Of a stretch of DNA of 64,000 bases, positions 28,029 to 37,264 are shown piece after piece (positions within the stretch are counted from its first letter, which is position 1; each line of letters starts with the position of its first letter). The DNA comes from Macrostomum hystrix (Eukaryota > Animalia > Platyhelminthes): assembly GCA_950097015.1 (NCBI GenBank), contig CATNEN010000010.1, positions 1,302,001 through 1,366,000 of the forward strand. The letters run 5' to 3'. A program made the position numbers and the translations under genes. A model generated the notes under the pieces. That model had not been told where the DNA came from, did no database searches, and saw only the letters and a program-made list of their open reading frames with translations.

Positions 28029-31000
28029 AATTCTCGCATCGGGACCAAAAATGCATTTATCTGCAGGGCTGGGGGCTTGTCCTCAGAGGACTCAGGCGGC
28101 TGAGGATTAGTCGGTCGTGTTTGTAACGGCCCTCAGAGCAGCCCCCGGTCTGTTTGCAATCCTCTCTCGTATCCGCCATGCCGAGCTCAGCCAGTGTAAT
28201 TATCGGGAGTGAATTGGCTTTTTTTATTATCCAGCAAAATTCGATGCATGCTACTGGCACTAGTAGGGTGCTAAGAAAGGCGATGTGTTTTTAGATCTTT
28301 ACGAATATTTGTAAAAGTAAATAGTAGCTGCTCTAATTAAACTGATAGCGACTCCAGAATTTCCCAACTTATTCATTTCAGCTTTAAAAAGTGATTGCAA
28401 AGAAGAGGATTAACCGGCTTTCAACCGGATGAATGCATGCAAGCGCAACTGAGCTGATGAATCAATTCGAATGAAAGGCGGCCGAATGAAAGGCCCAACA
28501 GCAGCGCACTGCAGCGGTGCCATTCCTAATCAGGAGCTGCGAGTGCGCATTGGCGAGTGCTTCGAATTTCACCCGGTCGACTGCGGCCCGCGAGACGGAG
28601 TCGCGGTGCGAAATTCCAACAGAGTAGAACTTATTGGCGATAGGACGAAATTTTGAAGCGTCTCAAAATTATGGATGTGGTCCTCAAATTAGAACTGGTC
28701 CTTAAATTAGAACTGGTCCTCAAATTAGAACTGGTCCTCAAATTAGAACTGGTCCTCAAATTAGAACTGGTCCTCAAATTAGAACTGGTCCTCAAATTAG
28801 AACTGGTCCTCAAATTAGAACTGGTCCTCAAATTATGGATGTGGTCCTCAAATTAGAACTGGTCCTCAAATTAGAACTGGTCCTCAAATTATGGATGTGG
28901 TCCTCAAATTAGAACTGGTCCTCAAATTAGAACTGGTCCTCAAATTAGAACTGGTCCTCAAATTAGAACTGGTCCTCAAATTAGAACTGGTCCTCAAATT
29001 AGAACTGGTCCTCAAATTAGAACTGGTCCTCAAATTAGAACTGGTCCTCAAATTAGAACTGGTCCTCAAATTAGAACTGGTCCTCAAATTAGAACTGGTC
29101 CTCAAATTAGTGGTTAATCGGAAGTGCTACCGAAGTTGAAGATGGTCCCAAAGCTGGAAGTGGTGCCAAAGCTGGAAGTGGTGCCAAAGCTGGAAGTGGT
29201 GCCAAAGCTGGAAGTGGTGCCAAAGCTGGAAGTGGTGCCAAAGCTGGAAGTGGTGCCAAAGCTGGAAGTGGTGCCAAAGCTGGAAGTGGTGCCAAAGCTG
29301 GAAGTGGTGCCAAAGCTGGAAGTGGTGCCAAAGCTGGAAGTGGTGCCAAAGCTGGAAGTGGTGCCAAAGCTGGAAGTGGTGCCAAAGCTGGAAGTGGTGC
29401 CAAAGCTGGAAGTGGTGCCGAAGCTGGAAGTGGTGCCAAAGCTGGAAGTGGTGTCAAAGCTGGAAGTGGTGTCAAAGCTGGAAGTGGTGTCAAGATAAGT
29501 GTCAGATGAGGTGCCCCAGCGTTTCAGGTCCCCAAATGTCCTAATCCCAGAGAGTCACATTGCTCTCAAGTTTATTTATGTTCCGAACGGGCCATCCATA
29601 AACAGTATTTAGTCGTTTTTATCTCACGTGTCCTGAAGTTAGCGCAGATATTTCCCCCAGCAATAAATAGAAGAATGTGTGGGACATAAAAAATTGTTTT
29701 ATTCTTTCAAAGTCGCAAATAGCGGGTGAGCGAACTTGAGGCTTGAGGCGGGCGATTTTGCTGGGTGCAGAAATTTCGACTCGAGGCTGAGCGTGCAGAT
29801 CAATAAGCAATGCTAATTATGAGCCACCCGATACAGTCCGTCCGCCCAGTGACTGCTCTCACCAGTCTGGGGTGTCAGCAAATATTCAACAGCTTCGTCT
29901 GACTGCACTGCCAATTGCTGGACTCTTTTAGCCTGTATAGTTGCAAATATCGCTCAGCCTACCGCACTTGTAAAGGGTTCAAAGAAATTTTGAGCACAGT
30001 ACACCTTGGCTCCTCAACTTCTATAGCGAGAGCGACAAGTCACGGGTTCGAAGCCTTAACTTTAGCCCTAACCCTAACCCTAACCCTAACCCAAACCCTA
30101 ACCCTAACCCTAACCCTAACCCAAACCCTAACCCTAACCCTAACCCTAACCCTAACCCTAACCCTAACCCTAACGCTAGCCGTTAGAGTAGAACGACCAC
30201 GCTATTTTTCCTGCTGGGAAAGACCACGGGGCCGGGGTATTTCAAATACCCACGGCTTACTTCACGGTGGCTCCCAAACCGAAAGATCGATTTCGTCAAT
30301 TTCGTGAATAAAAGGTTCCGCCTTTTTACGATTAATTAACTTTCAAAGCCGTCCGATGGTACTCAGTATTTTTTGTCCAAGACCCTGGTGACAAGGACAA
30401 CTAGCATTGTTCTGTATACACCTGTATGTCGAATCCATATCGGCTAAAACTCAGAATATTCAGACGATGCCGATGATTTGTGATTCTGGAAATTATCACA
30501 TCGGATAGAGTGGAAAATTTTAGCCCGTGTTCTGCATTTTCATGCCAATTGTTTAAAGATTTTGGGAAGTACTGAAAAAAGGTGTGTATTTGAAAAGATA
30601 CTTTGTGCTTCAGTTCATTGTTTGGAACCTGCTGTGCTTCAGTTCATTGTTTGGAACCTGCTGTGCTTCAGTTCATTGTTTGGAACCTGCTGTGCTTCAG
30701 TTCATTGTTTGGAACCTGCTGTGCTTCAGTTCATTGTTTGGAACCTGCTGTGCTTCAGTTCATTGTTTGGAACCTGCTGTGCTTCAGTTCATTGTTTGGA
30801 ACCTGCTGTGCTTCAGTTCATTGTTTGGAACCTGCTGTGCTTCAGTTCATTGTTTGGAACCTGCTGTGCTTCAGTTCATTGTTTGGAACCTGCTGTGCTT
30901 CAGTTCATTGTTTGGAACCTGCTGTGCTTCAGTTCATTGTTTGGAACCTGCTGTGCTTCAGTTCATTGTTTGGAACCTGCTGTGCTTCAGTTGATTGTTT

Positions 31001-33873
31001 GGAACCTGCTGTGCTTCAGTTCATTGTTTGGAACCTGCTGTGCTTCAGTTCATTGTTTGGAACCTGCTGTGCTTCAGTTGATTGTTTGGAACCTGCTGTG
31101 CTTCAGTTCATTGTTTGGAACCTGCTGTGCTTCAGTTGATTGTTTGGAACCTGCTGTGCTTCAGTTCATTGTTTGGAACCTGCTGTGCTTCAGTTGATTG
31201 TTTGGAACCTGCTGTGCTTCAGTTGATTGTTTTGGAACCTGCTGTGCTTCAGTTCACTGTTTGGAACCTGCTGTGCTTCAGTTCATTGTTTTGGAACCTG
31301 CTGTGCTTCAGTTCATTGTTTTGGAACCTGCTGTGCTTCAGTTCATTGTTTTGGAACCTGCTGTGCTTCAGTTCATTGTTTTGGAACCTGCTGTGCTTCA
31401 GTTCATTGTTTTGGAACCTGCTGTGCTTCAGTTCATTGTTTTGGAACCTGCTGTGCTTCAGTTCATTGTTTGGAACCTGCTGTGCTTCAGTTCATTGTTT
31501 TGGAACCTGCTGTGCTTCAGTTCATTGTTTTGGAACCTGCTGTGCTTCAGTTCATTGTTTTGGAACCTGCTGTGCTTCAGTTCATTGTTTTGGAACCTGC
31601 TGTGCTTCAGTTCATTGTTTTGGAACCTGCTGTGCTTCAGTTCATTGTTTGGAACCTGCTGTGATCAAGTGAACTTTACTAAAGATCCCTGCCTTGTAGT
31701 TCAGTCTAAAAACTGGTTGCTGTGACGAGAGAATCGGAGCTAAAAATAGAAATAAATAAACATTTCTGAATTTCTGATTGGATTGCCTGACAAAAGAGGT
31801 CCTCGGGACCGGGGGTGGGCGAGGCAGGGCTTTCAGAGCAATTTAAGAATTATAACTGAACGAGACACAAAAAGCAAACAGCTGGCTGGATTTCCTGTTG
31901 CCATCAGTGTCACAAGGCACAAAACACGCTCACAATGCAACTCATGCTTAAACTGCTCCTGCTGCTCCTGTTGCTGATCTGGTGTTTCATTGATCCAAGC
32001 CTTGGTACGAATTATCTATTTTTACTCTATGTGAGTGAGTGACAGAGCGGTGAACGGGTCGGACTCTCGCACCAAGGTCCCTGAGCTCAACTGCCACCAA
32101 TGTGGTCTTTGAGGCACAGCCGCGGAGAGAAGGCTTGGCGGCTTCGTGCAATTTACGCCCACGAGGGCCAATCCCTAAGGCACAGTGTGAGTGTACACTG
32201 CCTGAACATGAAAGTCAGGACAGATGTACACAGCTGGCACTGGCACATAATTCGGTGACAGAAGTGCGCAGCCAGCGAGGAGGCAACTCTGCCCGTTTTT
32301 CTGACTTTCTCATTGTCAGGCAGTGTACACTTTTACTGTAGCCTTGAAGGTTGACTCTCAAGGTCGTACATTGCACTTTCTAAAACCATTCCAAAGGCCA
32401 GAACTCAAGCGCCGCTGCCGTCAGCTCCGATCTGTTCGACAGAGGCTTAGCCATAGACAGGGCCTCCAGGGACTTTGTGGTCGTGCTCTGCTTGGCATTC
32501 TTCGGCGCCGGCCTGTTGCTGGGCATCTGCTACATCAACTGGCCCAACAAAAGCTGCTGCAGCGGCGGGGTCCACGTGTGATCCACCCAACCCAACTGCC
32601 GTGTTTTCGGGTTCGAGAGTTCGAGACTAGGAGGTCGAGAGTTCGAATCTCAGAAATCTGTCTGTCAGAAATAACATGCGTCTGTCTACTCGCACTCACC
32701 TGTGCAGTAAATAAATGTGCTTTTACTGCTATCAGGTTTGAAATTTGAAAATCAGGGTCCCGCATGGCGGACAAGTTATTCTTATCGTAACTCGAAGGTA
32801 TGGTTCGGGCTGTCTATTGAACTGGCATAATTAAATTATGCTCGATTGGGGAGCGGCTAAATAAATTTGATCCCGAATTCCATGGTCCCAGACAGCAACA
32901 AGCCTGCGACTACGGGTTGACTAGCAAAGGACCAACGACTTAGACAAGACAAGGAGAATCACTGAGGCAAAGCGAATCCCTCAGGCAAAGGGAATCCCTG
33001 AGGCAAAGGGAATCCCTGAGGCAAAGCGAATCCCTCAGGCAAAGGGAATCCCTGAGGCAAAGGGAATCCCTGAGGCAAAGGGAATCCCTGAGGCAAATGG
33101 AATCCATGAGGCAAAGGGAATCTATGAGGAAAAGGGAATCCATGAGGCAAAGGGAATCCCTGAGGCAAAGGGAATCCATGAGGAAAAGGGAATCCATGAG
33201 GCAAAGGGAATCCCTGAGGCAAAGGGAATCCCTGAGGCAAAGGGAATCCCTGAGGCAAAGAGAATCTATGAGGAAAAGGGAATCCATGAGGCAAAGGGAA
33301 TCCCTGAGGCAAAGGGAATCCCCGAGGCAAAGGGAATCCCTGAGGCAAAGAGAATCTATGAGGAAAAGGGAATCCATGAGGCAAAGGGAATCCCTGAGGC
33401 AAAGGGAATCCTCGAGGCAAAGGGAATCCCTGAGGCAAAGGGAATCCATGAGGCAAAGGGAATCCCCGAGGCAAAGGGAATCCCTGAGGCAAAGGGAATC
33501 CCTGAGGCAAAGGGAATCCCTGAGGCAAAGGGAATCCCTGAGGCAAAGGGAATCCATGAGGCAAAGGGAATCCCTGAGGCCAGCCAGACACTCACTCAGG
33601 GTAGGAGCGCAGGTTCTTCAGCTGCGACTGCAGCAGGGCGCAGGTCCTGAGGTCGCTGGTGTTGACGGCTCGGCGACGTTCGACCCGCGTCGCCAGACCA
33701 ACTCCGACGCCGCCGCCGCCGCTGCCGTCGATTCCGCTGGAGGTGGCATCATCGCCGGCGAAATCCTGGTCGCTGTCACCTCCGAAGCCACCGTCTGGGA
33801 GGATGGAGCTTCGGCGGCGCGCGTCCAGCGCTCCCAGAGCCACGTTTGCCAGGTTGGCGCGAGGTGGTGGCAT
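1674..33873 (-). CDS. Cav2: Voltage-gated calcium channel alpha-1 subunit, Cav2 (cacophony/unc-2/CACNA1A-B-E) type; multi-exon, 3' end outside window
   Basis: Phase-consistent exon chain encodes IS1-IS6 (selectivity filter TMEGW), AID ([20 protein letters not shown]), IIS1-IIS6 (EDW filter), II-III linker ([13 protein letters not shown]) and IIIS1-S3; N-terminal [26 protein letters not shown] is Cav2-like. Confidence 0.96.
1857..2052 (-). CDS. Cav2: Cav2 exon IIIS1-S2 ([19 protein letters not shown]...FTIEMILK)
   Basis: 196 nt, cag| and |GTTCGT. Confidence 0.95.
2144..2249 (-). CDS. Cav2: Cav2 exon II-III linker end ([18 protein letters not shown])
   Basis: 106 nt, conserved motif. Confidence 0.92.
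2368..2456 (-). CDS. Cav2: Cav2 exon II-III linker ([29 protein letters not shown])
   Basis: 89 nt, phase 2 in, phase 1 out, |GTAAGC. Confidence 0.72.
2564..2715 (-). CDS. Cav2: Cav2 exon II-III linker ([13 protein letters not shown]...EQQRFD)
   Basis: 152 nt, phase fits; low sequence conservation. Confidence 0.72.
2815..2915 (-). CDS. Cav2: Cav2 exon end of IIS6 ([22 protein letters not shown]...EKE)
   Basis: 101 nt, highly conserved peptide. Confidence 0.95.
2916..4125 (-). other. U12-type GT-AG intron (extends to 4977 when copy a is used)
   Basis: GTATCCT donors and TTCCTTAAC branch site at 2954-2946 upstream of ccag acceptor. Confidence 0.88.
4126..4243 (-). CDS. Cav2: Cav2 alternative exon II pore loop and S6 copy b ([39 protein letters not shown])
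   Basis: 118 nt, cag| acceptor, U12-like donor |GTATCCTCG. Confidence 0.92.
4978..5098 (-). CDS. Cav2: Cav2 alternative exon II pore loop and S6 copy a ([40 protein letters not shown])
   Basis: 121 nt, cag| acceptor, U12 donor |GTATCCTTT. Confidence 0.9.
5121..5958. repeat. (GGTCT)n pentamer microsatellite with 20-bp variant units at left end
   Basis: Direct reading; source of QTRPD and LVWSG ORFs. Confidence 0.97.
6248..6320 (-). CDS. Cav2: Cav2 exon domain II turret and pore helix ([24 protein letters not shown])
   Basis: 73 nt, cag| and |GTGAGC. Confidence 0.93.
6590..6910 (-). mobile_element. SINE family 1, diverged copy
   Basis: Shares gacccgca.ccagcgag, ctgccctgactttctc..gtcaggcag and cctcaagggc blocks with 22127-22490. 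Confidence 0.75.
6955..7086 (-). CDS. Cav2: Cav2 exon IIS4-S5 linker and IIS5 ([43 protein letters not shown])
   Basis: 132 nt; not in ORF track, read manually. Confidence 0.95.
9013..9119 (-). CDS. Cav2: Cav2 alternative exon IIS3-S4 copy b ([35 protein letters not shown])
   Basis: 107 nt, ctcag| and AG|GTACTT; same phases as copy a. Confidence 0.9.
9902..10014 (-). CDS. Cav2: Cav2 alternative exon IIS3-S4 copy a ([37 protein letters not shown])
   Basis: 113 nt, ttcag| acceptor, non-canonical AG|GCAAGT GC donor. Confidence 0.9.
10719..10831 (-). CDS. Cav2: Cav2 exon IIS2-S3 ([22 protein letters not shown]...FNIFDCT)
   Basis: 113 nt, cag| and |GTGAGT. Confidence 0.95.
10968..11186 (-). CDS. 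Cav2: Cav2 exon end of I-II linker and IIS1 ([22 protein letters not shown])
   Basis: 219 nt, cag| and |GTGAGT. Confidence 0.94.
12019..12132 (-). CDS. Cav2: Cav2 exon I-II linker ([19 protein letters not shown]...FLYDI)
   Basis: 114 nt, phase 1 in and out, cag| and |GTGAGT. Confidence 0.82.
12452..12627 (-). CDS. Cav2: Cav2 exon I-II linker with AID ([40 protein letters not shown])
   Basis: 176 nt, AID motif, |GTAAGT. Confidence 0.95.
12965..13150 (+). mobile_element. SINE family 1, 3' half
   Basis: Reverse-complement similarity to 22170-22290. Confidence 0.65.
13211..13314 (-). CDS. Cav2: Cav2 exon IS6 ([23 protein letters not shown])
   Basis: 104 nt, cag| and |GTAAGC. Confidence 0.95.
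13419..13645 (-). CDS. Cav2: Cav2 exon domain I turret and pore loop ([30 protein letters not shown])
   Basis: 227 nt, cag| and |GTGAGT. Confidence 0.95.
14116..14262 (-). CDS. Cav2: Cav2 exon IS5 ([21 protein letters not shown]...FHKTCFPN)
   Basis: 147 nt, tag| and |GTGAGG. Confidence 0.93.
15949..16049 (-). CDS. Cav2: Cav2 exon IS4 ([22 protein letters not shown])
   Basis: 101 nt, canonical S4 Arg repeat, phases fit neighbours. Confidence 0.95.
17345..17391. repeat. 11-bp tandem repeat (actcactgctc)
   Basis: Direct reading. Confidence 0.8.
18120..18420. repeat. 12-bp minisatellite (ctctccgtcaca)
   Basis: Direct reading. Confidence 0.93.
18574..18713 (-). CDS. Cav2: Cav2 exon IS2-IS3 ([19 protein letters not shown]...[12 protein letters not shown])
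   Basis: 140 nt, cag| and |GTAAGT. Confidence 0.95.
18755..19228. repeat. Pyrimidine-rich ~18-bp minisatellite (tctcatctctcccctgtc), same family as 51490-52850
   Basis: Direct reading. Confidence 0.92.
19244..19349 (-). CDS. Cav2: Cav2 exon IS1 ([18 protein letters not shown]...SVKL)
   Basis: 106 nt, AC acceptor, GTGAGT donor. Confidence 0.94.
19350..20080 (-). other. U12-type AT-AC intron
   Basis: 5' ATATCCTTTT, branch site TTCCTTAAC (19389-19381), 3' AC; joining gives in-frame EWG|PFEY. Confidence 0.93.
19455..20040. repeat. Purine-rich ~15-bp minisatellite (gggagaatgagcaga)
   Basis: Direct reading; fills most of the AT-AC intron. Confidence 0.93.
20081..20323 (-). CDS. Cav2: Cav2 exon: N-terminus to [10 protein letters not shown]
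   Basis: 243 nt; ends TGG GG|ATATCCTTTT (U12 AT donor); internal ATG at 20322. Confidence 0.93.
21975..22820. repeat. 41-bp minisatellite (catctggcccatagataacgatcgatagaaagtacacctaa) interrupted by a SINE
   Basis: Units at 21975-22126 and 22491-22820. Confidence 0.92.
22127..22490 (-). mobile_element. tRNA-derived SINE (family 1), full length, (ATT)n tail
   Basis: A box GGTGGCAGAGCGG, B box GTTCGATTCC, 13-bp TSD catctggcccata. Confidence 0.85.
23670..24962. repeat. AT-rich composite minisatellite (ttgaatgataatcacaca / ttataatcacaca)
   Basis: Direct reading. Confidence 0.95.
25056..26363 (+). repeat. ~315-bp direct repeats (25056-25371 and 26050-26363) enclosing a 29-bp satellite block
   Basis: Near-identical sequence, also seen as duplicated peptide in the ORF track. 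Confidence 0.92.
25599..26035. repeat. 29-bp satellite (tgtgcttcagttcattgtttggaacctgc), array 1
   Basis: Direct reading. Confidence 0.95.
26622..27490. repeat. 17/18-bp minisatellite (gtgacaggcagagtaga / gtgtgacaggcagacagg)
   Basis: Direct reading. Confidence 0.94.
28665..29110. repeat. 18-bp minisatellite (ctcaaattagaactggtc)
   Basis: Direct reading. Confidence 0.95.
29140..29492. repeat. 18-bp minisatellite (ccaaagctggaagtggtg)
   Basis: Direct reading. Confidence 0.95.
30066..30174. repeat. Interstitial telomeric repeat (CCCTAA)n, ~18 units
   Basis: Direct reading; two CCCAAA variants. Confidence 0.95.
30601..31662. repeat. 29/30-bp satellite, array 2, same ~150-bp unique 5' flank as array 1
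   Basis: 30453-30600 matches 25449-25598. Confidence 0.95.
31935..32581 (+). CDS. Candidate nested small single-pass membrane protein, 84 aa; exons 31935-32004 and 32397-32581
   Basis: cacaATG start, signal-peptide exon [24 protein letters not shown]|GTACGA, phase-matching aaag| acceptor, GC3-rich exon 2 with 21-aa TM, AATAAA at 32710. Confidence 0.6.
32036..32375. mobile_element. Two SINE family 1 fragments in opposite orientation
   Basis: 32036-32229 matches head half on +, 32230-32375 matches tail half on -. Confidence 0.72.
32960..33580. repeat. 18-bp minisatellite (gggaatccctgaggcaaa)
   Basis: Direct reading; abuts donor of putative first Cav2 exon. Confidence 0.94.
33596..33873 (-). 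CDS. Cav2: Cav2 putative first coding exon (long N-terminus [14 protein letters not shown]...[27 protein letters not shown])
   Basis: ATG at 33873, GC3-rich, donor CCT GA|GTGAGT (phase 2) matches phase-2 acceptor ctaag|G ATG at 20323. Confidence 0.7.
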
Positions 33874-34517
33874 TCGCCTCGGGGATTTCGGGGATATTGG
33901 CTGGTGGGGGATAATTTTAAGTGGGAAACAGGAATCGAATCGGGGGCTCAGCCTGCCGCGAGGCTGCGGACCGGTCCGGCTCCGGCATCAGTGGCTCCGC
34001 GGCTGCTGGAACTGCGGGATCGAGAGGGGAAGTTAAATTGGCGTCTTTTGCGTCATTTCTATAAGAACTTCTACATTTTCTACTCGTATGTCCTCTTCAA
34101 ATTTCCTTTCACATCCCACAGACCTCATTTCTCGTCCGTCCCAACAGATTTACCAAAAAACTTCTCATCCTGGCCCACCTGGCATTTCCGCAGCGAATGC
34201 GGAAACAGCAACGAAAATCAATTTATAAGCCATTAAGGAATACCGAGAAGCATCGCGAGTATGCGTTGCCGCAACAGCGGGCTACCGAGGCTTTCACGGG
34301 GACATGCTGAGACAGGCAATGCTGGTTCGATCCCTGCTTTAACTGACTCGTGTTTGTCTGTCTGTCAGCTTGTGAAATTTCGGTTGGATGCATTTGCACT
34401 TTTCTTCCCTCGGGTGATAAGGTGGAAGCGTAGGCACTTATTACTCAGGAAGAATAATGTTTGCTGTCTGAGAGCTATCGGGGAATCGTTTTAACTAATG
34501 AATTTTTTGTAGCTAGA

Positions 34518-34877
34518 TGGAGTGACAGAATCAGGTGAATGGAGTGACAGAATCAGGCGAATGGAGTGACAGAATCAGGCGAATGGAGTGACAGAATCAG
34601 GCGAATGGAGTGACAGAATCAGGCGAATGGAGTGACAGAATCAGGCGAATGGAGTGACAGAATCAGGCGAATGAAGTGACAGAATCAGGCGAATGGAGTG
34701 ACAGAATCAGGCGAATGGAGTGACAGAATCAGGCGAATGGAGTGACAGAATCAGGCGAATGGAGTGACAGAATCAGGCGAATGGAGTGACAGAATCAGGC
34801 GAATGGAGTGACAGAATCAGGCGAATGGAGTGACAGAATCAGGCGAATGGAGTGACAGAATCAGGCGAATGGAGTGA
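34518..34877. repeat. 22-bp minisatellite (atggagtgacagaatcaggcga)
   Basis: Direct reading. Confidence 0.95.
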
Positions 34878-36705
34878 AATATTTAAAGCGAATTTCACAA
34901 ACACAAATTAACCAGAAAAATGATCAGGGAAATGTTGACACAGACAAAGCTGAGAATGAAACGAAGCCGAGATGGGAGGACTCAAAGGGGTGAGAGAAGT
35001 GACGGTCAGCCGCTTCGATCAGTTCTTGATCTTATCTTTTATTGCAGCCGGCTGCTCCACACCTGACTTTCTCCGCTGATATTCTCATTCCCATCTGGCA
35101 TTCCAGCTGTCTTTCTGGCTGAGGTAGGCAAGGAGGGGCAGGCAGTAGGGCTATCGTTTTTTATATTTGCAATTTCTCAGACAAAGAGAAAACAGGCAGA
35201 CATTTATCCAAGCCTTCATCAATCAGTTCCTAGCATCACCCAAGCATTGCTGTTTGTTGCACGAAATATTTGAGCCTTATTTTTATCAGTCAAACGATAT
35301 GTTTCGAAAAATGATTAGTTTTTCTTTGGGTTTATTATTGATTGCAAGCAGAAAAGAATTAATGTTAATCAATTTAAACAAAAGTTTTCACTGATGGTGT
35401 TTCTGATAAACTCATGCTCATTGTTATGGTTTCATTAAGGACGCATATATTATTCAGGTGTATTTAAATAAGGTAATAAGCAAAAGAAAATTCTGCTTCA
35501 ATTCAAATTCTGCAACCGAGTAACAGGACTCAGGTTGGGTAATGAAGACTCGTGCTTACTCAATCTGAATCTGCCGAATGCGACTCAGATCAAAGAGCTC
35601 ATGGAGATTGCAGCTTGTACTTTTCATCGCGTATTGAGTCGAAAATTGTATCAAATGCGATTTTTTCGATAATCGCTGCAGCCCCGACCTTCCAGACCCG
35701 ACCAGCTTCAGCAGGGGAGGGGCTGGCCTCGGTTAGCAAATAAGCAAACTCGGAGGCAGGGAGATTGGGTCAGAGTGACAGATATGAAAATGAATGCCCA
35801 GTTTTGCCAGGGCACGAAGCGCATTTAGTTGAGTAGTTTTCGAGTTGATCCCACCGATAGTGCAGCTTCCTAATTAATCTGTTCAGCCGGCTGCAGGGTG
35901 ATCGATGCGGCTCGAGGGCAAATAATAATCCCGCTTATTGCTGCAGGATCTGTTGCAGGTTAATTTTCTAGTCTAAGCCTGCTTTCGGTTCTTCTTCTTC
36001 TAGAGGGGCATTGTCAGGTGGAAAGCTTAGCGACACATCTTCAGTCCAAATCTCACATTCTTAGTCACCCCACCTGGCCATGCAATGCACCAATCCTAGC
36101 TGGCTGTCCGATCCCACTCAGTGAGATCGATAGTAAATTATCAAATGACCGTCCATCGCTAAATGTATTAGAGTTGCATAACTGTAATTAAATTTTTCCA
36201 ACTTAATTTGATTTTACAAAATCCCAGCCTCAGGACTGAGGCGGCAATTCAGTGCGGGCACTGGCCGGGAGAGGCGGGACAGAGAGGGAAGACAGTCTCT
36301 TCCCCAGCAACAATGCCGAGCCACATAATAGTGAGCTCTGATGAGGCTTGGCAGGCAGTTTGAATCGGTGCCATCGCTGGGCTTGGCTGGAAGGGTTGAC
36401 AAAAAGCAGATGAAACGGCCCTGGCCGGGACAATGGGATCTCAGGTATGTCAGCAGCTGATGTGCAGATCATTCTTATTCTCCTTTTTCAATAATGCACG
36501 CGCCCGATCTCGGAGACTCGACGGAGGCTTTGACAAAAAATAGAATTTTTGGCAGTTGAAAAGTGCAGCCATCTCCACGGCTACACGCTGAACCCATTAA
36601 CCTGGGAAGGCGAACAACGGTGCGGGAGAAGGGACAGAGGAAGCAAGCTGAAAATGCTCAGAGGAATTGCCTATTGATACTGGAACAATGAGACACATAA
36701 GAGAG

Positions 36706-37110
36706 TAGACAGAATCAATGTTAGCTCAGACAGACTCAATGTTAGCTCAGACAGACTCAATGTTAGCTCAGACAGACTCAATGTTAGCTCAGACAGACTC
36801 AATGTTAGCTCAGACAGACTCAACGGTAGCCCAGACAGACTCAACGGTAGCTCAGACAGACTCAACGGTAGCCCAGACAGACTCAACGGTAGCCCAGACA
36901 GACTCAACGGTAGCCCAGACAGACTCAACGGTAGCCCAGACAGACTCAACGGTAGCCCAGACAGACTCAACGGTAGCCCAGACAGACTCAACGGTAGCCC
37001 AGACAGACTCAACGGTAGCCCAGACAGACTCAACGGTAGCCCAGACAGACTCAACGGTAGCCCAGACAGACTCAACGGTAGCCCAGACAGACTCAATGGT
37101 ACACAGACTC
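36706..37110. repeat. 21-bp minisatellite (actcaacggtagcccagacag)
   Basis: Direct reading. Confidence 0.95.
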
Positions 37111-37264
37111 AATGGAGCTGCGTTCGTTCGGAAAAATAGGGTTTCATAAAAACTATTAATAATAGTTTCTTTACACCCACCCCAATTTCCAGCCGACAGC
37201 CCAGCCGCGCTTCGCATCTGAAAGCTGCTGGGTTCAGCTGTCCATGAACTTGCAATCCTCTTAA

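Noticed and set aside
28471-28656. 61-aa GC3-rich ORF (MKGGRMKGP...)
   Set aside because: No recognisable domain or convincing splice sites; cannot be supported without expression data.
25558-31725. [11 protein letters not shown] repeat ORFs, and 29-bp repeats as a possible CRISPR array
   Set aside because: Head-to-tail satellite with no unique spacers and no cas genes; eukaryotic context.
33097-34236. 379-aa plus-strand ORF (RQRESL repeats)
   Set aside because: Minisatellite translation plus the antisense of the Cav2 first exon.
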